This document shows positions 47,859 to 59,956 of a stretch of DNA of 64,000 nt, one piece after another (positions within the stretch are counted from its first letter, which is position 1; the number at the start of each line of letters is the position of its first letter). The notes under the pieces are model-generated. The model had not been told where the DNA came from. It was given only the letters and a program-made list of their open reading frames with translations, and made no database searches. Origin of the DNA: Bilabrum cf. latius (taxonomy: Eukaryota); contig OZ237774.1 in assembly GCA_965178125.1 (NCBI GenBank), positions 1-64,000 on the forward strand. The letters run 5' to 3'. Made by a program: the position numbers and the translations under genes.

Positions 47859-49896
47859 ATGGATATGCAAGCAAACCCCGTGTCCGTATATGAGGCTTCT
47901 CTCGCTAAACTTGGGGAGTCCCGCGATGAGAGCGTCGTCGCCTAGCTCCGAGACGGTACCAGCACGATTCGAGCGCAGGCTGTGAGAGACTGGCTCGCGA
48001 TGCTGCTGCCGTCGAGTTCATTGCACAAGTTACTTTAAGGTATACAATCTCTTAGTAGCGATTTCATGCCGCAGTCGTCAGACTCCGCCGTTATTGCGCT
48101 CGCGACCGCCCTGCGCTTCGTGTCGACTCTGCAATCTTTGGATTTGGCGGGCAGCGCCTTTGGAGCGGATGGCGCCGAGTCTTTGGCAGATACGATCGAA
48201 GGTAAGCTTAACTTAATATGATAGGCGCTATGCGCACGATCCTACGGTTGCTTTGAACCGCATGGACGCATGCCTCCTCTTTGTCACTCCCTGGCCCGCA
48301 GCACTTCCTGGAGTACTGCGAGTCCGGCTGAGAGGTTGCCCCGTGGGAGACGAAGGAGCCGCTGCGGTGGTCCGCGCCGCCGCCCGCCAGGGCAGCGCCG
48401 TGACCTCCCTGGACCTCAGCCGCGCGGGGATTGGGCCCCGGGGCGCCTCGGCAGTGGCTGGTTATGTATCCGTGTGCCCTGCCCTGCGCATGCTCAATCT
48501 CGAGGAAAACCCACTCGGGGCACAGGCGGCGGGTGCACTGGCAGCGGCTGCGTTCGCCACCCGCAGACTGGAGGTGTTGGGCCTGGCTCGCACGGGGCTA
48601 GGGGACGCGGGGGCGAGGCAGCTGCTGGCCGTGTTTAGGCCACCCATGGAGGGGCTGCCCCACGAGGGGGTCCCCTCCGGTGGGGCTGGGGCTGGGGGCG
48701 ACGGCGAAGATGATTTCGGCTCCGAGTCGACTCGCCCGGTGGCCCTCAGGCTCCTCGACCTCAGCGCCAACGCCCTCGGCGAGGCGGCGGCTCGGGCTGC
48801 AGCCGAGGCGATTCCGAGTCCCCGGTGCGGCCTGCGTGAGCTGGTGCTGGCGGGGAATCCCCTGGGCAAGGCCGGCGTGGACGCGGTGCTCCGATCGGTT
48901 GGTGAGGCACGGGAGCGCAGGGTCGGGGCTGGTCGAACGCTCACCTTTTTGGACCTGTCCGGATGCTGCGAGGGTGTGACGAGTGCGGCGGAGCGGCTGG
49001 TGCCCCGGTCGAGTCGAGGACAGAGCGCAGACGGCGCCGTGCCGGCCCTGGAGCTGGACGCGGCCGAGCCTTAGGAAAGCAGTCCTGGTGCGAGTGCAGT
49101 CGTCCCGTCTGCACAGGGAGCGGGAGCGGGAGTGGGAGGCAAGACCAGTGCGGCAGGTGGCTCGGCTCATCACGGGCATGCGCCTGTACCTTCCCTGCCG
49201 GACCCATCCGCGTCTTTCTCTGCTTCCCCTTCCGGTGCCTGGGCAGCGGCCAGAGCGCCCCCACAGCCCCCGGCCCTGCCAACCGCCGCTCCCGCCTCCT
49301 CGTCATCCTCCTTGTCCTCGTCACACCTCGACCGGCTGTCCTCGTTGGAGCGAGCCGTTCAGGAGGTGGCACGGGCGGGCAGAGAGGCCCACGCCAGGGC
49401 AGAGGCGGCGGAGGCCAGGGCACAAGCGGCCGAAGGTGCGGCCCTTGAGGCCCAGCGGAGAGCCCAAGCAGCTGAGCGGGCTCTGGGGGCGCAGCGGGCG
49501 GGGGAACAAGGGGAGGCGGGGGCGGCGCAGGCGGCTCTTGAAGAGGTGCGCGGGCTGACGGGGCGGGTGGACGCGGCTCTGCGCGGGCTGCAGGAGCGGG
49601 TGGAGTCCAGGGAACAAGAGGGCGCGACGGGGGGGCAGGTGGAGGAGGTGGTGGACGCGCTGCGAGGCGAGCTGGAGGATCAGGTGCGCCGCATGGACGG
49701 TATGCTGCAGCAGCTGGCCAGGGCGGTGCAGGGCGTGGCGGGTCGGCTGGAGGGCCTGGAGGAAGCGGTGCAGGAGGAGCAGGACGCGAGTCTGAAGGCA
49801 CTCGAGGCGCTCCTGGGGCACGTGCAGGGGCAGGGATAGGGGTAGGGATAGGGGCAGAAAGGAGGGGGCAGCCCTGGTCGGAGGGTCGGGCACTGA
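47859..49896 (+). CDS. RNI-like leucine-rich-repeat protein with C-terminal coiled coil; introns 47982-48074 and 48202-48301; TAG at 47943, 49072, 49837, 49843, 49849
   Basis: LDLSRAGIGPRGA, LNLEENPLG, LDLSANALG, LVLAGNPLG repeats; ends HVQGQG*G*G*GQKGG..H-TGA. Confidence 0.75.
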
Positions 49897-51543
49897 TCCA
49901 TGTGCTACCGGTATGCGTAGCAGGGTGTAGGTTTAGCATCTCCGCAGATCTAGCACCACTAGGGTCCGTCTCTAGCGTGGTGCCAACAGTGTGAGTGAAC
50001 TGGGTGCGCTTGCAAAGGACTGTGTGTGAGGTGATGGAGGGAGGTGAGGCTCGTGTTGCCATCATCAGCTCTGCTCGTATTCTCGCCCTGCTGGTTGGGC
50101 GACCACTGGGCTCACGTCCGGCAGAGGGGGCTGGCTGGGACAGACTGGACTGCCATCGGGTCCTGTGATACGTGTCCCGAACGGGATGATCCTGCCGCGC
50201 ACAGAAAGTTTGCTCGTGTAATTTCAGTGCCCTTTATTTCGCGGACAGGACACATTGCATCGTCATGATGATGTAGCCTAACGGAAAGGTGACGTTACAA
50301 CTCGGAGCCTGCCACATGAGGAAGCTTCCTCAGCCCACATTCGCGTCCTGTCACAGTCAACCCCATCAGAGGCGAGTAGCGGACAGCATTCAAGCCAAGC
50401 AGGGCTTCTTAAGTATTGTAAACTAGTTTATCTGAGGATGTGCAATTCAAGTAAAGAATGCGAGTTTGGGTAGGGTGCAGGCGCTTCGGGTGCTGCTCCG
50501 AGAATATTGAAGCTGCTGCGTCCAACCAGCAGCATTGGCCGGACTGCAAGAGGTCCATGGCGGCATGCGCGGAATAATTCAGACCAAACAGTGAGATTAA
50601 CGCAAGATACAATGCATGCTTGCCTGCAACGTGCAGCAACATCGGGACTGGCACGTGAAGTCGAACTTCACCCCGTGTGGCGTGGCAAGCCGTGGGCTGT
50701 ATCGCGCTTGCAATCCGCCCTCTTTTGTGCGCTTGGTCCGATCGTACTCTTGCAGACTACTAGGCCACTAAAAAATGTTACTGTGGAGATCCAGGCATGG
50801 AAACCGAGTCCAGTTACACTAGCTTCGCCAATCGGAAAGGGCCGTTTGCCTTCGGCTTTAAGGTCGGACAATTCTCATCACAAGATCGGCGGTGACCGAA
50901 CCCACGATGAGAATTGCTCGGGCCCCCCTACCAGACCATCATATAGAGTATTTGGATCTAGAACCGTCTGCACTAGCAGATTAGACGGAACGCGCCAGCG
51001 AGCAAGGCAGCGCAAACGGCCAAGAGTCGTAAGGGACAGGATGCAGGTACTGCCGGGTTGGTCCGACATGTTTCGCAGCTGGGTGAAGAGGGCCGGCACT
51101 TCCGTCGGGATCTTGCCTACCATCACAGAAGAAACCGCAGATTGCTACAGGGATATTTCAAGAGATAAGGCAACGAAACGAAGTCCGCAAACGGGGGACC
51201 GATGCGTGGCACGAGGTCCGTCGGCGTCTCTACCTAGCACTGAGGCGAAGTATCTAGGTCCGCCGGGGGGTCGAAGTGCCGAAGTGCAACGGGTGAAATG
51301 CGGAATCCCTTTGATTCCAGCCTGCTTTCGCTACTCTGAGGCAGCCAATCTCGAGGCTTGTTGCTTCGCTTAAGTTTTAATCTTGATTTGAACATGATAT
51401 TCACTTCGTACCCGTACTGTCGGGGTCCTACCGCGATTCGAACCAACAAACGCCACCGGGGAGTCATAGCACCGGCGACTGCCCCCCCACTTTGGGACAG
51501 CGCAAAAAGGAAAAAAACTGCACCAATCTACAGGCATATACGT

Positions 51544-54222
51544 TCAAAAATTTTTCTCTGTGGAGAAGTTATTGAACGTGGTGTACCTGCTGACTCCCCG
51601 CAGCAGCTTGAGCACCTCCCGATCGCCCGCCACGTCATGCTGCAGCTCGGCGTCCTCCCTCGCCATCAGCGCATGGTCCTTCCGCAGGGCGCGCCGGAGC
51701 GCCGCCATGAAGGATTTCACCCTCCGGGGGGACCCGCCCTCGCCCAGCCTGCGGGTCTCCCCGACGCGACCTGCACCATGGTGACCGCGCTCGCCTGCAC
51801 GGCCGTGTTCCTCGTCTGCCGAATCTGCGTCACTACTGCTCGTCCACTCCTCCAGCTCCTCGTCTCCTGCGTGGGGCTGCACCTTTTTCATGCGCTCGCC
51901 TTGAGAGCCAGCTCCACTGCGGGCACTTCCTCGGTGATGATCCGATGGCCCCGCATCACCGGCCGCTCCTTCGACTGCACCAGCAGCAGCTCGCTATCGA
52001 TCTATATCCTCGGACCTTCTCATGTCCCTCCCCCTCCCCCTCCCACTATGCCTGTTTCCCACCTTGGATTCGTCCCACGCCCCGGCAGCTTGCAGGTCCT
52101 TCATTGACCTCACGGACGGCAGGTCGCCTCCCCTCTCCACCGGGGTGGGCTCGCCCTCCTCCTCTACCCCGCCCCTGAACCGAGCTGCAGCTGACCCCTC
52201 CTCCAACATCCCGTCACTCGTCACACTGGACACACTCGCCCCGCTGACAGACCTGCGGTGCCCCTCCCCCTTCCTATTGCTGCTGCTTCCTCTTCCCTGT
52301 CCTGCAGTCTGAGAGCTGCCGGGCACATGCGGCCGCCGGATCCTCAGACCTGGCAGTGGCGTCACCTCGTCTTCACTCCCATCTGCTTCATTTGCATCGT
52401 CTGCATTTAGATTGCTGTCCTCATTTGACGCGCCTGCCTGCCAGCGACCTGTTACGCTCGCTGCACCTGCGCCGCTATGGCCCCGTGACAACAACTGTCC
52501 CTCCTGCTATGCGTGTCCTTGCTCTTGCTCTTGCCCTCGTCCTTGCCCTTGCCCTTGCCCTTGTCCTTGCCCTTGCCCTTGTCCTTGTTCAGGCGCCACC
52601 AGCCCCACCCACGACCGATCCGGATCCAGCATGCGCGCCTGATCCTCCGCATACGCGTCTTTCCAATTCCGAATGGCTCCCAGGCCCGCGTCATCTGGGT
52701 CTGTTTCCTCCCGGGGGTTTTCCTACTGCCCTGGCTGCTCGTGCACCTGCCCCCCATCCTCCCGCAGCTGCTGAGATTGATGTTGATCCCCCCCACCAAT
52801 CGCCTTCACCTTTCTCACCTTTCTCTCCATCTCTCTCTCTTTCTCCATTGCCCTCCTCGCCTTCCTCTCTCTCCTGACCTGTCTCTTCACAGCTGCAGAC
52901 CACCCCAGCAACAGCAGAGATGCGCACCCTTTCAGCGCAAGCAGCACCAGGGCACACAGCACCGGCACCGCCACGCCCCACGCGCTGGTTCCGTCAATGC
53001 GCGGCGCCGATGCCCTGGACAGCTTGTGCTGCACGACCCGCGCCGCCACCGCCACCAGGGGCAGCACGGACAGTCCCATCCTGTGGGAGCAGTCCCTCAT
53101 CGGGTCCAGGGCAGCGGGGGCCAGCTGCCGCGCCCTCACTGCATCTCTCGCCAGCAGCCGAACGAAGCTGTGGTAGAGCTCTGGCCTGAGGCGGTTGAAC
53201 TTGGCCGCGAAGAGGTGCTTGACCCAATCGGTCGCTGCCTCCACACCGAGGATGGTGGCGTAGGCCGGCCACTCCTGCAGCAGTGGCCCGGGCCCACTCC
53301 AGTCCAGCACGATGATGAGGCACAGGAACACAGCCAGCTGGAAGCGCTCCACCCCGTCAGCCGCGACCACCTGGAAGAGCTGCTCGGGCTTGAACCGCTT
53401 GAACACCCCTGACTTGAGCTCCACAAAGTTGCTCGACACGAGCATGGGCAGCAGGGCGGTGGAGGACGAGTTCACCGCGATGCTGAGGCACACCACCTGC
53501 ACGAAATGCACCGCGCTGTGCACCACCACGTACACGGCCCCAAGGAGACAGTGGCCCCCCAGCTGCCCCAGGGCCCACCAGTCAGCCGCCCCCATCGAGA
53601 CCCCCCCCGCAGTGCCAGTGGCACCACCCCCCCCGTCCTCCAGCCCTGGGATCCTCAGTGCAGCCACGGTCCTGTAGGCAGAGCTCAGCACGTCCTACCC
53701 CATGGCAGCCAGCAGCCGATCCACGATCTCGGATATCTAGTACCAGGCGTACATGTGCAGCGCACTGCCGTTCCGTATGTGATGGTACACGGTGGACACG
53801 CGCGCGAATCCCATGGCCCACACTGCCAGCAGGAGCACCGCACCTCGCACCACGTCCAGCAGCTGGGACCTCCTGACGGATGCCACGTCTAGCCCCCTAG
53901 CGAGAGCGAGCACGCGCCCCCGAGCACTTGCTCCCAGGAGGGCACCGGCCGCCCAAGCAGCCGACCGGAAGCCCATGGTGAGCAGCATCCTGCCGAACCC
54001 GAGCGCAGCCCTCAGAGGCAGCAGCGCGCACGCCTGCAGGAACACGTCCCAGCACGCGAGCATGGAGAACATGACGAACCTCTCCAGGGCGAAGGGCACC
54101 AGCACCACGCCAAAGAGGTACTTTGGGACAGAGCCAGACGGCTCCGAGGGGCGGGCGTCGCCCCAGCGGAGCTCTGAAATCGCGAAGCGAGCTAGCCCGG
54201 AGCAGCAGTTCTGAGGCACCAT
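51544..54222 (-). CDS. TAPT1: TAPT1/Emp65 (DUF747) ER membrane protein; TAG at 53737, 53695, 52723, 52507, 51994
   Basis: VPFALERF, STVYHHIR..Y*ISEIVDRLLAAMG*DVL, AVNS..ALLPMLVSSNFVELKSGVFKRF..LFQVVAADGVERF, DWVKHLFAAKFN; TGA stop. Confidence 0.85.
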
Positions 54223-54703
54223 TGATTGGTCGCTACTAAAATCACGATTGAATAGCTATTTTGCCTGTTCGGACGGCGGTGGAATCGTGACAGCTGGATC
54301 GGCCGTGGTTGCCGGCTCCCGGGTCGACTCAGTTGAATCATCTCGACTATCGCATGCACCTTTCTCGGACATAGGCACTCTTGTCGACAAACCACAGTAG
54401 TCAAGGTTTACACACGGACTGGGAAATTAGCAGCTCCTAAATGATGTGCCAGGGTTCCTAGCTGGTGCTGGGCTACCAGCAAACTTGGTGTGCAGTTCAA
54501 GATCTTATAGCAATCTACGCACGAATGAAATCAACTTGATTCTAAAATCATCCGTACTTGTATCAGCGATAGCACCTGAGAGGCGGCAACGTGGCCAGCT
54601 CGGGACGGTGGTCACCGTACGCGAAGGTTCGCTTTGAGGAAAAGGAACACGCGAGTTCGGGAACTGCAACAGCGGACTAAGCAACTGATTCTGTGCAGCC
54701 AAC

Positions 54704-57700
54704 ATGTCAGAATCCGTGTTCTCTGCTGCAAGTAGAACGAAATCAAAGCGCAAGGGAAAGCGGGGCGTGCCTCTGGACCTTGCGGCCGTTCGTCGGGATG
54801 CAGAAGCCGGGGAGAAGCTAGCGAGGCCCGTTCCGACAGGGATGCGCGCTCATCAGCTCAAGGACGGCCGCGTAATCCTGCACATCTCCGAAGTGGATGA
54901 AGAAGGACTGCCCATTGACGGGTACGATTACGGGCAACATCTCAGCGAGGTGCGGGACGAGGACGGCGGCGTGTTCATCAGCCCGGACGGAAGAGTGGGC
55001 GCCGATCCCTTGGACGCAGCGGCTAACAAGCGCAAAGAAATCAACAAAAATGTATGGGGCTCCCGCCTGTCCGGTGGCGCCGCAGAATCGGACGGCGTGG
55101 AGGACGACGGCAGGGCGACTGCGCTGGTCGGCTCGAAATCGCTCGAGGGAGCCGAGGCAGCGCGCCTGCTGTCTACGCGTGACGCCGTGGATGGTGCCGG
55201 TGATGGAAGATCTATTGCAGGTGGTGCCAAGGCATCGTCTGGCGCTGGTGCGGGCTCTGGTGCCAGCGCCAGCGCCGCCCTTGCCAGTCGCGCGGAGCTG
55301 GCGAGCGTGACGCTGCGGCCGGAGCTGATGGACTCGGAGCTGCAGGCGGCGCTGCGGGCTGCGGACGAAGAGGACGAGGCGATGTTCGCAGCGGAGGAAG
55401 AGGACGAGAGGCTCAAAGGGGTGGATCCTGTGCTGGCGGCCCGGGCCAGGGCACGAGAGGAGGCAAAGGAGAGGGCGAGGGCTAGGGGGGTGAGGGAGGG
55501 TGCACTGCACGGTGGTGCGGGGGAGGGAGGGCAGGGGCAGGGGCGGGAGGAATCTGGTGCCGGTGGCAAGGGCGCAGGGAATGAAGATGAAGAGGAGCGG
55601 GAGCTGGTTGTGGGTGGTGCGGTGGGTGGGTTTGAGCTGCTGGATGACGACTTCGTGGCTCAGGCGATGGGTCTTGTTGCAGGGGGCGAGGGCGAGGGCG
55701 AGGAGGACGGCAAATAGGAGCAGGGGGAGGAAGCCGAGGAGGACGGGGGGGTGAGGGCGAGTGGCATGCTGGTGGGGTATGCCTCTGCCACGAGGGCACT
55801 AGCGGACTACCTGGCTGGCGAGCAGGAGGACGAGGACGAGGACGAGGAGGAGGACGAGGGGGACAAAGGGCATGGGCTTGCAAGCTAGGCAGGGAAAGGG
55901 TCGGGTGCTGGTGGTGCCGCTGTCGGTCATGGGGGGTACGGAGAGCAAGATGAAGATGAAGATAAATATGAAGATGGGATGGAGGGCTTGCGTGGCGGGT
56001 GGGCCTAGGGCGACGGCGAAGAAGGTGACGAGGATGCGAGGCGGGCGCTGGCCATGGGGCTGGGTGCACTGCGCGGTGGTGCAGACAGGGGTGATCATGG
56101 TGTGACGAGGGCGCCGGCCCCTCTGCCGTACAACCTGTCGCAGGCCAAGCCGGGCACGTATGACGCCGCCTTCGCCTCAGTGCTGAGGGGGTATGACGAC
56201 GACATGCTTGGGGATCCGGGGCAAGAGGCAGAGGAGAGGGAGGACCGGGGTGGGGGTGTGATGAGTGCAGGGGATCTGATGGGAGGGGACGGGGAGGATG
56301 AGGCGGGATTGGGCGGCATGGGCGACATTGACGGGGGGATGGAGGGCGCCGAGGGGGGGATGGGCCTACGGCAGGCGCAGCCGCAGGTGCCGGTGGCGGG
56401 CACAGACAAGCTGGTTGAAGTGGAGGGGGGTGGGCCTTATGGTGGGGGAGCCACCGGCCTGGACGGTGCGATGGATGCCTTCCTGTGGTCGAGGGGGGTG
56501 GACCCGGGGGCCTACAGCAGCGTGGGGGAGGGTGGGGGTGTGACGAGTGAGACCGGGATGGATGCACAGGGGGACAATAATGGAGAGCAGGAGGATGGGG
56601 AGGTTCTGGAGATAAAACAGGGCGTCGTGGATGGGTCCGGGCTGGGAGGGGTGGGGGAGGGCGGGGAGGCTCTGGGGATCGCTGGCATCCTCGGGGATGG
56701 GGAAGCCCTGGCCGCGGCACTGGCGCACTCGTCACACCACCACGGGCCCTCGTCGTCCTCGGGGGGTCGGCACAAGGGGGCGGGTCGTCGCAAGAAGGGC
56801 CGTCCGAAGCGCGCCCAGGTGTCGATCGAGGAGGCGGCGGGGGACCTGGCTGGCATGATGCAGGAGGCGAGGAAGAGGGGGGACGAGAAGCTGAGGAAGG
56901 CAGGGGTGGTGGTCAAAGAGGACGTGGTGGTCAAAGAGATCGAATATGGCAGGGGCGTGTAGGAGGAAGAGAAGCAATCGATGCCGGCAGATGCACCCCA
57001 GGAGCAGGATGATGCTGCCGGTGGTGGTGCCGCCCCCGAGGCAGACGACGACTCCCGGGTGGGTCTGGGCAGCGATTTCGAAGATGATGAGGAAGAAGAG
57101 GAAGAAGAGGAGGAGGGAGATGACGAGTACCGCGAGGACGAGGACCTGATGCTGGCGCACATGGGTGTGACGAGGGGGCCCCAGCGGGCGCGTTGGGACG
57201 CCGCCACGATCGTGAGCACCTTCTCTGTGGGGGAACACCTGCCCACCGTGGTGGGGGGTCCTGAGGACGAGGAGGAGGGAGAGGGCGGGTGCATGGTGGG
57301 GGCGGGGATCAGGGTGCAGGGGGTGGGTCGCAGGGGCCGGAGAAACAAGGATTCCTCGGAGGCCGGTGGGTCGGGGGCCGGCGCTGGTGGGCCCGGTGGG
57401 GGTGCTGGGGAACACGGAGGAGAAGGCTCGTTCGCGTTCAATGTGGAGGTCGGCCTGGGGCATTCTGGTGTGGACGACGGTGTGACGAGTGCGCCCGCTT
57501 CGGGTCGCGCGGGCGACGCCTCTGGGCTGACTGCTGGCATGGAGGCCGTGCCCGTGATCAGGCCGGAGGACCTGGGGGGTGTGACGAGCGGTGGGATGGG
57601 GGCCGCGGGCCGAGCTGGAGATGCATCCGATGCAGGCGACGTTACTGGCGATGGCAGCATCGGCACGGGCATGGGCACGGGCATGGGCATGGGCGGGGGG

Positions 57701-57967
57701 GCGGGGTTCGGCGTGGGTGTCCCTGAGCACCTGCTGGGCGCGGGTGGTGTGACGAGTGCGAGGCAACGCGGCGAGACCCGCGCGGAGAAGCTGGCGAGGA
57801 AGCGCCTGGCCAAGGTGGAGAAGGCCGCAGCGAGGGCTCGCCGGAGGGAGACCAGGGGGCGGTTCGCAGCCGAGCAGGACCAGGCCAGGCAGGCGGCCGT
57901 GGCGGCGCGGGCGGCGGGCGTGGTGGGGGGGCACGTGAAGGGACAGTCAACTGTACGGCTGGCGTGA
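54704..57967 (+). CDS. LTV1: LTV1-like 40S ribosome biogenesis factor with large low-complexity insertions; TAG at 55715, 55886, 56006, 56960
   Basis: GLPIDGYDYGQHL, ELLDDDFVAQA, RWDAATIVSTFS..HLPTVV, GETRAEKLARKRLAK..RETRGRFAAE correspond to recalled LTV1 blocks; single frame; TGA stop. Confidence 0.72.
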
Positions 57968-58032
57968 TTAGCTGGCAACAATAAGGATTGGAATTCAATG
58001 TGCATGGATTCAGTGCGACCGCGGTGCTCTAG

Positions 58033-59277
<1,245 letters not shown>

Positions 59278-59956
59278 GGCGGTATTTTTGGGGGTAGGAT
59301 GGAATCGGTGGGATGTACGGCGGCATGGTTGGGGGTCAGGGGGGCAGCTCGATTCTTGCACGGGGTTTGGGCTGCCATCACTGATGCTGCTGTGACCGCG
59401 GCTGCTGGCATTGGTGGCGTTGTTGCAACCTTGCTGATTGCAGTGGCGCGGCGCAGCCACTGCGCACAATACAGATATTTCCAAGTCACAGAGTGGCGCA
59501 GACATAATTTGCTTTCATTAAAGTGCACTAATGAACCAATAGTAGCGGAAGCATTATCCTGACGGATGCGTGAGAGATTTACTGGTCCGATGGATGAGCT
59601 CGGCACTGTCTCCGTTCGTCTAGTCTGCCCACCGCCGGCGGCAGTGGCAATGCTGGCAATGCCGGCGGCGTGGCCGGGCGTTCTCACCCAACGTGTACCG
59701 CCGCTTCATTTTAGCGGCAGCTTCTCCTTCCCTGGGATAAACCATCACTTTGTTGAACACTGGTAAGATTACGTAACCTTACGAAAATACCCGGCAACCT
59801 ATCCGGGATTGCCTTGCATTTTGCTCCAGGTATCCATGTCGCTCGCCCGTGACAAGAGCGGGGCATCACGTACAGGGCCTTCGGCCAAGCAGAACAAAGG
59901 AGTGGCAAATGAATTCATGGATTGATCCTCATAACAATTGTTTTTCACACAATTAT

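Noticed and set aside
47982-48074. In-frame TAA in the LRR gene
   Set aside because: It lies inside a phase-consistent GT-AG intron.
49900-51540. 288-aa ORF at 50507-51373 and neighbouring short ORFs
   Set aside because: Lower GC, no coding-like codon bias or recognisable motif, and no coherent model even with TAG read-through; left unannotated.
18790-57967. Cluster of pseudogenes, or selenocysteine/pyrrolysine read-through
   Set aside because: All interruptions are TAG with no frameshifts, in essential genes and at Gln positions. Sec uses TGA, and Pyl would not track conserved Gln or CAG repeats.
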